Positions 1 to 14,879 are shown, counted from the first letter of the stretch. The stretch is 64,000 bases of DNA from Chrysomallon squamiferum (GCA_012295275.1 CM022678.1:6262001-6326000), one strand, 5' to 3'. The notes: generated by a model not told the origin, from the sequence alone. Program-made: numbers and translations.

Positions 1-529
1 TTCTTTCTTTCTTTCTTTATTTCTCACACACACACACACACAAGGTAAAGTGATTATTCATCCAGGTGTTCACAGGTGTTTTTCTGTAAATTTTGTATCA
101 GTTTGTTTGATGTAAAGTTTGCCAACTGTTTGCTTCATTACAGAGACTTACAGGTTTGAAAGGAAAAGAAAGATTGTGAGAGATAAAGAAGAAAGAAAGA
201 AAGAAAGAAAGACTGATAGGGAGATTAAGACTGAAAGAAAATAATGTTCACAATGAATGTAAGAAACAAAAGGAAGAAGAAGAAAATAATAAAAACTAAC
301 CTTTTAATGTTCAATACATGCGTCACATATAAATCTGAATTTAATAAGTTTGGTAAAATGACGTTAATGTGTAACTATATTAAAAATCAAAATTTAAAAA
401 TAATGGGTACAAACTCTTACATAATTATATAACAGAAGACAACCTCTTGAATTCAGCAACAACTTTAAAATACACATTCTTTACTGTAACAGAGCACCAA
501 AATATAATACAGAAAAAAATTTAATAAAA

Positions 530-567
<38 letters not shown>

Positions 568-1033
568 CAAACAACAAACATACTGATTATGAAAGCTAGT
601 CAACACAACAATAAAACAGATACGTGGACTGTTAAAAGGAACCAATGCACATTCCACAGAAACAGTGATGTGAATTATAAAAAGTGGAAAATCCAGGCAA
701 AATTTAACAGTAGTAAAATGGATCTTAAAGAAAGAAAAATCAAGGCACATGAAACAGTTATTACACCTATGTACCTATACGTTAGAGAAACTGAAATTTT
801 ATTTTATGAAACTTGGCTAGTTTTGGACACACCACATTATTACCAAGATCGGATTAGGAACAACTGGGGCAGTGAAAAAAAAAAAAAAAAAAACGCTCAT
901 CCAAAGTAGAGATGCAGATCAGAAAAAGCAAGTGATCCAAAGGAAAACAGACAGAGATTAGGGAAAAAGCAGACTGCTGAAGCTAGCAGGGGTAGAGAGA
1001 GAGAAGCCTGTGAAACACAAGTGAGTGGCACTC

Positions 1034-1064
<31 letters not shown>

Positions 1065-2109
1065 ACACACACACTGCCAATCTGGCCAGACACATTTCTA
1101 TCAAAGAGCTGCTTTATTTCCCTGGATACTGCAAGGGAGAGGCTTTTCCAGCACACACACAGACACACACACACACACAGAGAGAGTCAATAACAGACAA
1201 CAGGACTGTTTAAATAAAACACCGAGTGTCGGAGTAAATGACATTTCCTCAAAATTTTATCTCCCAATCAAGTAGCTGCTAAAACTGTCTATTACTTGTT
1301 TTGTGTGTGTGGGGGAAAAAGAAGTAATTGTCTGTTTGTGAACACTTGTTTCTGGTGGCAGTTCATAAAACTAAATAACACGAATAGAGGTTCATTAAAA
1401 CTAAAATAACACGAAATTCGTATGCCCTCTGTTTTTATGTGATACAGATATTCCCGTTATTAAATCTTGTGAAAATCAGATACGACAGTTTTGGTTTGAT
1501 GAGTCTACCAGTTTTAGTAAAATGAGTCGACTTACTTTTCTTTCACGTCTGTTCATGTGTTACACTTATTCTTTTATTTCATGAAAATCTGATAAAAAAA
1601 AAAAATATATATAAATGGTTTAAACAATTTTCTGAGTAACAGTTTTAAATTATAAAAACCTGGTTGGTTTTAAATTAAAATTTTCATTCCTAACATAAAT
1701 CAAAAAAAAAAATCAGTCTTAAAAACTGTCTTAAATTAAAATCTTTGCAAATCAAAACTGTCTTAAAGTCTGCCATCTTTGCACACATGTCACAATTATT
1801 CCGTTCAAAACATTTTGAAAAAAAAAAATGAGATAAAAGATGATTTGGTTGAAAGATTTGCGATTTCGAGACAAACAAAACTGAACTTATACTCGTTCAT
1901 AAAACTAGAGAAAAGTCTTATCAAGAGAAAAATTAGATTAGAATATTTCAAACGAGTATAAATTTCTTTAATCATTAAAAACAAAAAACTACAACTTTAT
2001 AGTTACATCAGTCATAAACCTGTCAAAATTAGACAAAGAGAATTTAGTTACAATATTTAAATATTTCTAATTTTAATGTGTGTAGATTAAGGAAGGAGAG
2101 ACAGATGCT

Positions 2110-2236
2110 TGGAATGGATGGAAGGATGGATGAATGGATGGATGGATGGATGAATGAATGGATGGATGGATGGATGAATGGATGGATGAATGGATGTCAT
2201 GGATAGGGATGGGTTGGGATGGGATGGATGATGGAT
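2110..2236. repeat. (GGAT)n microsatellite
   Basis: Imperfect GGAT/GAAT tetranucleotide run. Confidence 0.9.
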
Positions 2237-2883
2237 TGGTGTATGGAGATTAGGGTAGGATGGAGACAGAGAGATAAATGAAATAAGATAAACTGAGGGG
2301 TTAGAGCCAGAAGGTTTTAATTTCTCACTCACTCACTCACTCACTCACACACACCTCACTCACTGACTCACATACACACACACATATATGTATATACATA
2401 CATAAATATAGATATATATAAATACATATTTATATAGACATATATACATACCTACATTATACATATATATATATATGTATATATGCATATATTATACACA
2501 CATATACATATATATATAGACGTATACACATACATATAAATACATAGATAGATATAGATATAGAAGATATAGATATAGCTATAGATATATGTATATGTAT
2601 ATATATATATAAGCATGTAAGACCTTTTTTCTCTTACTCCTTCAAATAATGCAGATATGGACTAAGTAAAAAAATATATATTAAAAAAATCACACATCAC
2701 AAAGGACAGGACAGCACATACCAAACTCTTAACATCTTACTGTTTGGCACTGAGAAGTAATAAAACTCCTGGAGATGACTGTTCTGTTACCAAACTACAG
2801 CTCATTCCATTCCAAAACAAATAATATTAAAACTATATATATATATATATATATATATAACTAAAATGCTCTTTTAAACAACT

Positions 2884-3031
2884 GTGTTTGTGTGTCTTTG
2901 TGTGTGTGTGTCTGTGTCTGTGTGTGTCTGTGTGTCTCTCTGTGTGTTTGTGTGTGTGTGTGTCTGTGTGTGTCTGTGTGTGTGTCTGTGTGTGTCTGTG
3001 TCTGTCTCCGTGTGTGTGTGTGTCTGTGTAT

Positions 3032-3070
<39 letters not shown>

Positions 3071-3171
3071 TGTGTGTGTGTGTGTGTGTGTGTCTGTGTG
3101 TGTGTGTGTGTGTGTGTGTCTGTGTCTGTGTCTGTGTGTGTGTCTGTGTGTGTGTGTGTGTGATTAAAACA

Positions 3172-3204
<33 letters not shown>

Positions 3205-3250
3205 GTTATTAACCAGTGTGTGGTGTGTGTAAGCTGTGTCTGTGTGTGTG
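2884..3250. repeat. (TG)n/(TGTGTC)n microsatellite
   Basis: Long imperfect TG run; source of the poly-CV ORFs. Confidence 0.95.
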
Positions 3251-3502
3251 ATTAAAACGTGTTATTAACCAGCGCGAGGTGGTATAAACTTATTACACAA
3301 CGATTATGTTACTCTGAGGGTGAGAACTGGAAATAAGAAACAGATGACAGACAGGGAAGGTCTAAACTTGAAACAGGTGTTTTTACAAGCTGACTGTTGG
3401 TTTGTAAACATCACATGATACTTGGAAGCAGTGAGTCAATTTAAACTGTTTATTTTGACATTTTTAATGTTTCAAACTGGGATAAATAAATACATACATA
3501 CA

Positions 3503-3540
<38 letters not shown>

Positions 3541-3725
3541 TAATATGTAAAATTTATAACACAATATGCTACTTATTTGTCATATTTACTTATTTAATTT
3601 CAGGCTGTTTAAAATATTTTTCCCTTCCTGTAACTGATGCCATCCAGTTTAATCCAGTTTAATCCAGTTTAAATCACCACCACCACCATCATCATCCACT
3701 CACTGACATCTAATTTAAACCATGT

Positions 3726-3925
3726 CTTTCTAAACACTGACAAATCACAAAGCAATTGAATCAATTCATCCAGTTTCCCCACCACATGTAAATTAAACCA
3801 TATCCATATCTTTCTAAACACTGACAAATCACAAAGCAATTGAATCAATTCATCCAGTTTCCCACCACATGTAAATTAAACCATATCCATATCTTTCTAA
3901 TAACACCAATAAATCATAAAGCAGT
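3726..3925. repeat. ~83-bp tandem duplication (2 copies plus partial)
   Basis: tctttctaaacactgacaaatcacaaagcaattgaatcaattcatccagtttccc..accacatgtaaattaaaccatatccata at ~3726 and ~3809; partial copy at ~3892. Confidence 0.9.
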
Positions 3926-4255
3926 TGATCTGCCAATGCATTCGTCCTCCCTCCCGTACTTCCATTCATACATCCATCTGTTTGTGTCTTCTACACACTG
4001 ATTAAAAAAATCCATCTGTCTGTTGATTCATTCAATTAACCATCCAATTAACCTTCCATGCATCTATCCATTCATGCAAATAGTGCACACACAGATTTTA
4101 GCTTAAAGCAATTTGTCTGTCCATTCATCCATGTAACCAAACCTCTATCTACACATTCATATCTTCTGTACATTTTAAAGTAATTCATCCATCTAACCAT
4201 CTCTCCATCTATCCATCCATCTATCTTTTGCACATGATTTGCTTTAGGCTTATTT

Positions 4256-4305
4256 ATCCATCCATCCATCCATCCATCCATCCATCCATCCATCCATCCA
4301 TCCAT

Positions 4306-4340
<35 letters not shown>
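4256..4340. repeat. (ATCC)n microsatellite
   Basis: Near-perfect ATCC run. Confidence 0.95.
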
Positions 4341-4341
<1 letters not shown>

Positions 4342-5369
4342 ATCTGCTACACACTGATTTAACTTAATGCAGTTCATCTTCCAATCCATAAATCTATCTG
4401 AGCATGCATGCAGTAACCTATCTATCTATCCATCCATTCACATCTTCTGTATACTGATTTAACTTCAAGCAACCCATCTCACCCATCTAACTATATACAC
4501 TAATTTTATCTGCTTCACCCACTCACCTAACCACATTATCCTCAAACTGATCTAACTGGAGAAACAGCCCGTATTTTCATATTTTTCCCATTCACACCTG
4601 CCTGAGTATAAACAGCAGAGCTTTTTTTTACCACTCACAGCTGTTGACAAGTTAACAACAAACTTCACCAGTTTGAAACAGAAACTGAAACTTGCTGTAA
4701 AAACTCATGTCATTCTTTAAACGTTCTTTACTCTTAATGAATGTACAACTGTGACATTTGTAAATACAGGGAATCTAATTTATCATCATCATCATCTCCA
4801 GTATTGTCTCCTCTGTCCTTCATATGTTATTAATAATTCACTTAGAAAGAGCTAGGATTTTTTTTTGTCAACAGTAAATGATTAGTACCAAAATGTCCAG
4901 GACAAAATGAACTTGGGCAAAAACACACTCTAGATGAAACCTCACAAGACAAAAGACCTGTTCAGTAATCAGAATTGCTGAAATAAGTCTAATAAAACAA
5001 TGGTTTAAATTAAAATTTGCTTAATTAAAATGAAGACTGTTGGATTCTGTAAGACTGGTATACTGATATACTTATGTTACGTTACAAAAAGATGAAATTT
5101 TAAAAAAAAATTCTTTATTTCATTATTTCTTTATTTCTTATTTAATTCTGAATAAACTGGGATTTTTGTCTAATGAGGCTACTGAATGAATGGGGGTTCT
5201 GTACACTGTTGTTTTGCCCAGTCAAGTAAAGTCTGGTTATCAAATCCTTCTATTTTAAACTTAAAAATGGCAAAGAACTAAAAACTGCAATTCTTGCCTT
5301 ATTCCATCAGTGTTGTATAAAACTGTAATAAACACCTTTTTCTACAGTTTTTATTTTTATTTTTATTTT

Positions 5370-5837
5370 TTTTTTTTTAACATGATATGGATTCTTTCAC
5401 AAAATATGAATGGTGAAGTTTTAAATAATAAAACTTTTCATTACCAGCAACAGCATTCAAATTTTTTTAAATTTTTTTTTTTAAATATGTTGTTTGTTTG
5501 TTTTGGGTGTTTTTTTTTTTTTTTTTAACAATATAAAATTTGTTCCAACATATGAATGATAAAGATTTGAAGCATTAATACAATTGCCTCATCCCTCTAA
5601 CATGCTATTACCTCACATAGCATTCAATAACAAACACCGCACACACTTTTTAATACTGTTCTGTTGTTGCTGTTCTTGTTGTTGGAATTTTTTTCTTTAC
5701 TATGCAATCTCTCCCAAAATATGAATGATTCTACTTGAAACTATCATTTCTTTTTCTTTTTCTTTTTTTTTTTTTTTTTTTAAGGAATCTGATTTTTTTT
5801 TCTAACACATGAATGATTCAGCTTTGAACTTGTAAAC

Positions 5838-5887
<50 letters not shown>

Positions 5888-5990
5888 CAAGTATGGCATT
5901 GCTTCCAAAATATCACTGCTGAAGCCTTAAAGAGTAAAACCGTTGCCTCATTCCTCAAACACTCTTCACTCTCCTCAGCATTCTGCAATC
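5370..5990. repeat. Old degenerate tandem repeat (~100-170 bp units)
   Basis: Recurring caaaatatgaatg / ttgcctcat..agcattc blocks at ~5400, 5547, 5716, 5806, 5906. Confidence 0.55.
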
Positions 5991-6414
5991 ATGTTATAAA
6001 CATGTTTATTTTGAGAGAGGATGGAAGCTGACATGCTCAGTGTATGCAAAACACACCTGCAAAAAAAAAATAAGAAACTCCCAGTGATGGTGCACATGCT
6101 TTTTCTCTCCAATCAGCAGGGTTTGCGTCTGCTGTCTCTCTCAGAACAGAACAGAACAGATCTGACACATCACTTGTCTAATTGAAGCAAACAAGCAATT
6201 TGTGAACTGGTTCACTTGGTACTTGGTGGGTCTTGTGGTCTTGTAGATGGAAATTTAATAAGATATATATATATATATATATATAGATGAATGTTTTTCC
6301 TTAATTTTTATTTATTTATTTATTTGTTTGTTTATTTATTATTATTATTATTATTATCATCATTGTTATTATTATTATTGTTGTTATTATTAATTATTAT
6401 TATTATTATTATTA

Positions 6415-6451
<37 letters not shown>

Positions 6452-8050
6452 TGTTTTTCCTTAATTTTTATTTATTTATCGATTTATTTGTTTATTATTA
6501 TTATTATTATCATTGTTATCATCATTATTATCATCATCATTATCATTATCATCATTATTACTACTACTACTACTACTATTATTTTATTTTATTTTTATAT
6601 TTCTTTGTGCAATAAGTTCTTGCTGGTTTTAATTCTCATACCTTTTTAAATTTAAAATAATAAACAATGAGATGATAAACAGTATGTTAATGTATGTTTT
6701 GGTGGTTAGATTGGGAAATTAATCTGTTTGAGATCTCTTGTGGATTACATAGCAGATGATATTCATCAGATTTTGTTGCTTGTATAATAATAATAATATT
6801 AATAATATTATTATTATTATTGTTCTTCTTCTTCTTATTATTATTTAATAGTTTGTATAATAAAATTAAGAGGATGTGATGTTTGTCTAGTTACCAGTGA
6901 ACCACAGTTTACTAATTTCTTTAATGCACAGACTCATCTGAAGTGTAAAAATTGAGTTTAATGAGGTTTCCTATGGAAAAACAGTCACGTTGATTTTAAT
7001 TATCATTACTGAATGAAATCTTAAAAGCCCAGGTTATACAATTTTTAACTGTTAGGAATGATTCAGTTAGTGTGCACAGTACAGTTACTGCAGTTGCCAG
7101 ATCTAATTTAGTCTCAAGTCAGCTGGAATTGGAAATTAATAAGATCTGCTTACAGAAAAAAAAAGAAAAAAAACATTAAAAGGCCCTAATTTATTTTAAT
7201 TTTCTCTTTAAATGCCCGATGTAATAAAATTATGACTGCTATCTTTAATGTGTGTATGGTTTTTGGATGTAGTGCAGTCGATAGATTTGCTTTAGTGCAC
7301 AACTGTGGTTGGATTGGGAAATTATCTTTAGTATGATTTGTTCTAGAAAAGTAATTATGTCAAGATTAATAATCTTTTCTTTAATGAACATATTTTTAAA
7401 ATGATTAAAACAAAAAATTAAAAATTAAAAAATTGATAAGATAATAATGTGAGCTCATAAAACTAACATTTTCAAAGCAAAACTATTTCACACTCTGTCG
7501 GATTGGGAAATTAATGTCATCAGTATAAGCTCTTGTCTAACCATCTGGATTTTCAGACTAAGCTCAAAAATGATGGTGTTTTTTTTTTTGCAAACTAACC
7601 CACAGATGTGAAAACAGCATCTGATTCCTTGTTCCAGTCTTACAGTCATTCTACTCTGCTTTTTAGGCTTTAAGTCAAAAAAAAAAAAAAAAAAAATAAA
7701 AAAATATTCTAATTTAATCTAATCTTTCATCCTTACTTCTGGCACACAGCCAGAACAATCAATTCCCTTGTCCAGGAAAACCATACTTGAATCCTAATTA
7801 GATCTAGCTACGATGCTATGTTTTCTAACTTTCCTGCTTTTATGCTGTTCCCAGTTACATCGAAAAAAAAATGATAAAATAATTATTTTTATACTATTTT
7901 TTTATTTTTTATCTGTTTCGTTTGCTGAATATTTTTCAAGAATTCTGATAGCATCAAATGAAAAAGCTGATGGACTGAAGTAAAAAAATGCTCAGAATGT
8001 GAAATAAAAGGGGACAAGAATAAATAAAAAAATTGATAGCATAAAATGTC

Positions 8051-8089
<39 letters not shown>

Positions 8090-8414
8090 TAGTATTATAC
8101 TACTGCTGGAACAGTTACTACTCTATAATTTGTACTACTAATACTACTACTTCTTCTACTGCTATTAACATTACTACTACTAATTCTGATACTATTGTTA
8201 TCACCATCACAGCTGCTACTACTACTACTACTACTACTTCTACTACTACTACTACAACTACTACTATTATGACTGTATGACTGTGTGTCTGTGTGTCTGT
8301 GTGTGTGTCTGTTCAATGGCATGTTTGTACATTTTAGGTATTTTTTTTCCCCTTTTTTCCTTTATGTTTATAATGTACTACTTTTACAGTGTTGGGGTAA
8401 TTTGTATTATAGTA

Positions 8415-8470
<56 letters not shown>

Positions 8471-8918
8471 AGGTGGGTGGGTGTGATTAATAAATAAAAT
8501 GTTACTCATTTGTCATAATTATTAACAACAACAGCAACAACAACAACAACAATAATAATAATAATCTGAAGAAGAAAAAGAAGCTCACTTTATGCCATGT
8601 GATTTAAAATAAACACATGCCAAGAGAGAGAAAATAAATACGTTGATAACATAAAATGTTGACAGCAGAAGCAAAATATTTATAAATTCTTTTTAAAAAA
8701 AAATGTTATAAGGATGATATATTTAATAAAAATTAATATGCTGAGAGCATTTTCAAGAAATTCGTGATAAAACTGGGTGGCTAAGGGTTTAAAATGAAAA
8801 TGCTGGCAGCTCACTAAAAAAATGTTTGACACTGCATAGAAAATACTGTTAACAGATAAAATAATAATAATAATAATGATACGTTTATTTAAAACACTTA
8901 CTACTATTACTGCTACTC

Positions 8919-8993
<75 letters not shown>

Positions 8994-9649
8994 ATAATAA
9001 TAATAATAATAGTAATAATAATAATAAAATAGAAATATTGCTAGATAAACATAATACTGACAGCATAAATGAAAATCTTGATAACAAAGTTTACAGAGTA
9101 ATATAAAAATAATCTTTATTTTTTATCTTTTATTTATTTATTTATTTTTATTTTTATTTTTGTGTTTTTTTGTGAGGACAGAATAAAGATTAATACTAAT
9201 ACAGATAAAAAAATAAAAAAAATAAAAATAAAAATTAAAAAAAAAATAAATAAAAACAAAAAAAAAAAAAAAAAAAAAAAATAAATAAATAAATAAATAA
9301 AAAATAAATAAATAATAACCCAACTCCCCCCACAGAAAAAAAACAACTAAAAAAAAACACTTGATAGTGTAAAATATATTGATAAAATTAAATTAAATTG
9401 TTGACACTGTAATATTCCAGTGTAGAATGAATTCACTGATAAGATTAAAACGTTATAAATTTTCAAACCTTGTGAGAAGTGATAAGAAAAGTGACAACAC
9501 AAGATCGTCTGTCACAAAGAAAGGAAGAAAATAAACTTATCATCTGCATTACTCACTAAAGCATGTGCATGCACGATCTGTGCTAAGCATGTCCGTAACG
9601 TGCTAGACTTTCTCAAAGGCAATATTGAAATTTTCCTCCTGTATGGTTG

Positions 9650-9684
<35 letters not shown>

Positions 9685-10039
9685 ATGCTGCTGCTGCTGC
9701 TGTTGAAGTTTTACTGTTTCTATCAATTTCATTTAAAAAAAAAAAAAAAGAACTTAATAAAATCCTTAAAAAATAAATAAAATATGTTGTGGCTAAATAA
9801 TCTGAAATGAATCATTTATTTTAATCTACATTTTGTACAGTTATTAATTTACTTACAAAATAAGAATTCATCATTCAACAAAATGCTCACTGAACCAATT
9901 ATTAAAATTTCCCAGTCATCCAATTTTGGAAAGAAAGAAAGAAAAAAAAAAATGCGAAAATAACTCATAAATGATGACAGAAATTTTTCACCGATAAAAA
10001 AAAGGTGAATTCACATGTCCAAGAAAAAGTTGCTAACCA

Positions 10040-10665
10040 AGCATTTGCAACTGATAGCATATTAAATCAACCAAATTTTTTCTGAAAAATTAACAAAAAA
10101 ATTCCTTTCCTATAGCCAGTGACACACAACTGATAATACAATATTAATCTTTATGTTCCAAATAATTATTAAATCAAACGGTTTCCAGTGATAGCGTAAT
10201 AAATCAATGTGTTTGACAGGAATTAAAAAAATTTTAAAAAAAAGAAGAAGAAAAATAATAATAAATTCACAAAGGCCCATGATGCTGAATCGATAATACT
10301 AAATTAATCTTTATGTTGCAAATAACTGTTAACCGAGTGTTTGTCAATGATAGCCAACTAAATCAATGTGCTTTTAGAGGAATTTAATTTTTACAGTTTA
10401 TACTTCTAAACAGAAATGACACAGAACTGATGATCATCCACTTCTTGCAAATAAATGCACAGTTTTTTTTGTAAAATGAGTCTAGATTAAATCAGCATGT
10501 TTAAAAAAAAAAAAAAAAAAAAAAAAGAATAAAAAGTAAAGTTTATACATTCAATAGTCATTGAGAGACAGTTGATGATACAAAATTAATCCTGAAAAAA
10601 GTTGTTTATCAAATATATTTGTCAGTGAAAGCGAATTTTATCAACAATTTTTAGCAGGAGTTGAA
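10040..10665. repeat. Degenerate ~140-160 bp tandem repeat
   Basis: tgatagc..taaatcaa..gtt..aggaatt and gataatac..attaatctttatgtt.caaataa recur about 4-5 times. Confidence 0.6.
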
Positions 10666-10725
10666 AAAAAAAATGAAAAAAAAAAAAAATAAAAAAAAAA
10701 ATGAAAAAAAAAAAAAAAAAAAATG

Positions 10726-10777
<52 letters not shown>

Positions 10778-11145
10778 CTATTGACGACAAACAAACAAAA
10801 AAAAAAAAAAAAAAATCAGTTCAAAAAAATCACCTGTAACAGAAAATTAAATTATCACATTTTTTTTTTTTTTGGTGTCATTTTATTTTTTTAAAACAAG
10901 AGTAACAGAAATGCGAGAGAAAATTAAATCAAGATGGTCAAGTGCCCTGTTTAATGAAAAACAAGACTTCAGCTTTCAGATGTGAAAAAGCACTGTAAAG
11001 CTATACAGAAAGTTTCTGTTTGCCCGAGATCGGAATCAGTCGTATTGAGTGTCTGTGGAACAGATTAACTTTCCTCTGCACACAATTAGGTGGGTGGGTG
11101 GGGGGTGCTGGAAATGTGTATCAAGTATGAAAACACAAGAAAAGT

Positions 11146-11445
11146 GAGCTGAGCTGAGCTGAGGTGACTGACTGAGGTGACTGACTGACTGACTGAGGTG
11201 ACTGACTGACTGAGGTGACTGACTGAGGTGACTGACTGACTGACTGAGGTGACTGAGGTGACTGACTGACTGACTGACTGACTGAGTGATTGCCTGACTG
11301 AGGTGACTGACTGACCGACTGACTGACTGAGCTGAGGTGACTGACTGACTGACTGAGGTGACTGACTGAGCTGAGGTGACTGACTGACTGACTGACTGAC
11401 TGACTGAGGTGACTGACTGACTGACTGACTGAGGTGACTGACTGA
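11146..11445. repeat. (GACT)n satellite punctuated by GAGGT
   Basis: gaggt(gact)1-6 units repeated across ~300 bp. Confidence 0.95.
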
Positions 11446-11499
11446 CCAGTGTGTGGACTGTTCAGCCAGACAGCTGTGGATGTAATTAAAAAGAGTGAA

Positions 11500-11577
11500 G
11501 GAAGAAGAAGAAGAAGAAGAAGGGGGAAAAAGGGGATAGAGTAAGAAGGAGGGAAATGAAGGAAGAAGGGTGAGAGG

Positions 11578-11623
<46 letters not shown>

Positions 11624-11679
11624 AGGAGGAGAGAGAGAGAGAGAGAGAGAGTTGAAGAGAGAGACAGTAAGAAAGAAAG

Positions 11680-11758
<79 letters not shown>

Positions 11759-11800
11759 TAAGAAAGAAAGGAGAGAGAGAGAGAGACAGCAACAGAGAGA
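11500..11800. repeat. Polypurine (GA)n tract
   Basis: GA dinucleotide runs; source of the poly-ER and poly-SL ORFs. Confidence 0.95.
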
Positions 11801-12178
11801 TGAGGAGAAAAAAAGAAAGAAGGCAGGACAGAAGAAAAACAAGATGGAAAAAAATGAATGTTTAATGACATATCTGTTATTGGGTGTCAGACCAAAGGTA
11901 AAAGAAATGATTGATTGACTGTAAGAGAGAAAGAACAAAAAGAACGAAAAGGATGAAAAATGATGGAGACAGAGACATAGAGAGCCAGATAGGCAAACAG
12001 ACAGACAGACAGATAGAGATAGAGAAAAGAGAAGGCAGAACAAAATGAATGAGTGAAAGGAAAAAAAAGAAAAGGGGAAAGAAAAAATAGGTTGAAGACT
12101 GATGGAATGAGAAGAGAAAAGAAACCAAAAAAAAAAAAAAAAATTTTAAAAAAAGAAATAGGTTGAAACTGATAAAAA

Positions 12179-12226
<48 letters not shown>

Positions 12227-12614
12227 CAAAAATAAAGAATTAAGGAGAAAAAAGATGGAAATAATAAGGTAAAAAAATCTAAGACAGAAAGGTTGAAAAA
12301 AACAGCTCTAAAGAGAAAAATATAAACAATTAATTTCTTACAGTTTGAAAGTATTTTGATTTAACAATACACCCAAAGGTAACTGTGCTGTATCCAAGGT
12401 AGATAACCTAAGATCCTGGATGATATCCTGATCTGCTATCCAAGTATAGTGGGGTTATATTAAGGACAGGCAACCAAAGATTATATAACAACCTATAACA
12501 GCAGATAACTGAAGACACAAGATCTATTATTCAAAGAATTATCCCCATATATCAAGGGGAGATTATCCTAAGATGTAACATGCTATCACTAGCAGATAAC
12601 CAAAGATACGAGAA

Positions 12615-12634
12615 ATATATATATATATATATAT

Positions 12635-12700
<66 letters not shown>
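12615..12700. repeat. (AT)n-(AGAT)n compound microsatellite
   Basis: Seen directly. Confidence 0.95.
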
Positions 12701-13104
12701 GTCAGCTACATATATTACATAAATATCACCCAGCATCATGTATGTAGCTGGTTATCTTTTTAATATCACCCAATAATCAGAAACATGACAAAAAACCAAA
12801 AGGGTATTTATTATTCAATACACAAGTCTTTTGTTCTTCTGCAAGTATGTTTCATCACTGACAGCTAAATCACGGAATCTCTTTTGTTTCCTCAGCAAGT
12901 CTTTTAATGTCACTTAATGTCAGGTGAGAAGTAAAAACAAGCAAGAACTGCTGGACTTGGCCTACATATCTGGCAATTCTGCTGCAGGCCGTGTAAAATA
13001 AGCTGATAATGGTGATATGTCTAGACGCTGCAGATTATTTCCCCGATCTCTGACAGTGCATGTGGAGTCAGTGGAACAGCAGTTGGTCCACTTCCATGCA
13101 TGCA

Positions 13105-13700
13105 AGTGATGTAACCAGGAACAGTCACTGGTGGTGGTGTGTTGTTGTTGTACAGTGATGTAATCAGGAACAGTCACTGGTGGTGGTGGTGGTGTGGTGT
13201 TGTACAGTGATGTAATCAGGAACAGTCACTGGTGGTGGTGGTGGTGTGGTGTTGTACAGTGATGTAATCAGGAACAGTCACTGGTGGTGGTGGTGGTGTG
13301 GTGTTGTACAGTGATGTAACCAGGAACAGTCACTGGTGCTGGTGGTGTGTTCTTGTTGTACAGTGATGTAACCAGGAACAGTCACTGGTGGTGGTGTGTT
13401 GTTGTTGTACAGTGATGTAACCAGGAACAGTCACTAGGTGGTGGTGTGTTGTTGTACAGTGATGTACAGTGATGTAACCAGGAACAGTCACTAGTGGTGG
13501 TGTGTTCTTGTTGTACAGTGGTGTAACCAGGAACAGTCACTGGTGGTGGTGGTGTGGTGATGTACAGTGATGTAACCAGGAACAGTCACTAGTGGTGGTG
13601 GTGTGGTGATGTACAGTGATGTAACCAGGAACAGTCACTGGTGGTGGTGGTGGTGTGTTCTTGTACAGTGATGTAATGAGAAACAGTTACAAGTGGGCAA
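13105..13700. repeat. Minisatellite, ~46-52 bp unit x ~11
   Basis: gtacagtgatgtaa(c/t)caggaacagtcactg followed by a variable (GGT)n/(GTT)n tail. Confidence 0.95.
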
Positions 13701-13808
13701 GTTCATATTTAATGATATAATGAGAAACACTTTCTAGTGGTGGATTCTTAGACAGTGGAAGAAAAACCCACAACAGAAACATGTACTAATGATGGGTTCT
13801 TGTAACGA

Positions 13809-13990
13809 TGTGATCAGACACAGTTACAGGTGGTCAGACACAGTTACAGGTGATCAGACACAGTTACAGGTGATCAGACACAGTTACAGGTGGTCAGACA
13901 CAGTTACAGGTGATCAGACACAGTTACAGGTGATCAGACACAGTTACAGGTGATCAGACACAGTTACAGGTGATCAGACAGTTACAGGTG
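13809..13990. repeat. 20-bp minisatellite x ~9
   Basis: tg(a/g)tcagacacagttacagg in tandem. Confidence 0.95.
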
Positions 13991-14077
13991 CTGTCTTTTT
14001 GTACAGTGGTGTAACAAGAATTATTCAGAAGTGGTAGGTTCATACTTTATGATATAATAACAAGGGCTAATGATGGG

Positions 14078-14428
14078 TTCTTGTACAGTGACAAAACCAG
14101 AAAACAGTTACTAGTGGTGTATTCTTGTACAGTGACAAAACCAGAAAACAGTTACTAGTGGTGTATTCTTGTACAGTGACAAAACCAGAAAACAGTTACT
14201 AGTGGTGTATTCTTGTACAGTGACAAAACCAGAAAACAGTTACTAGTGGTATATTCTTGTACAGTGACAAAACCAGAAAACAGTTACTAGTGGTATATTC
14301 TTGTACAGTGACAAAACCAGAAACAGTTACTAGTGGTATATTCTTGTACAGCGACAAAACCGGAAAACAGTTACTAGTGGTATATTCTTGTACAGTGACA
14401 AAACCAGAAAACAGTTACTAGTGGTGGA
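14078..14428. repeat. 44-bp minisatellite x 8
   Basis: ttcttgtacagtgacaaaaccagaaaacagttactagtggt(g/a)ta in tandem. Confidence 0.95.
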
Positions 14429-14879
14429 TTCCAGCAAATGATAAGATCACAAACCACTGTAGGTGGGTTACTGAACGGTGATGCAATTAGGAACAGATTA
14501 TCAGCAGTGATAAAACTTGTCGTGATAAAACCAGAAACAGTTTTAGTTGTGGGTTACCAAACAGTGTAATAAGAAGCAATTACTGGAGGAGATTTTCTCA
14601 AATAAGGCTGAATCAATTAACTACAGTGTTTGTGTTGTTATCTGCATCCACTGACGAAGAAGCCCTCAAAGTCATCACACACGACGTATATAAATCAAAT
14701 AATAATAACAGCAGAGATGATAATTATTCCCCACACAGTTTTTTTTTAACACACCAATACAATTTGTGATGAGTTACTAACTGCAGACTTCTACAACATA
14801 TATAAATCAGACAGTTGTAAATAATGCAGATAGATCACAGTTTGCAAGATTGCACATAATCACTGACTGTCTCAGCCAG

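Noticed and set aside
5890-6056. Strong minus-strand acceptor (T-run gcAG near 6057)
   Set aside because: All frames close quickly and no good donor follows; an A-run next to CTG can arise by chance.
13105-13700. CRISPR-like look (palindromic repeat plus variable spacer)
   Set aside because: The spacers are only (GGT)n/(GTT)n length variants, not unique sequences; eukaryotic context with no cas genes.
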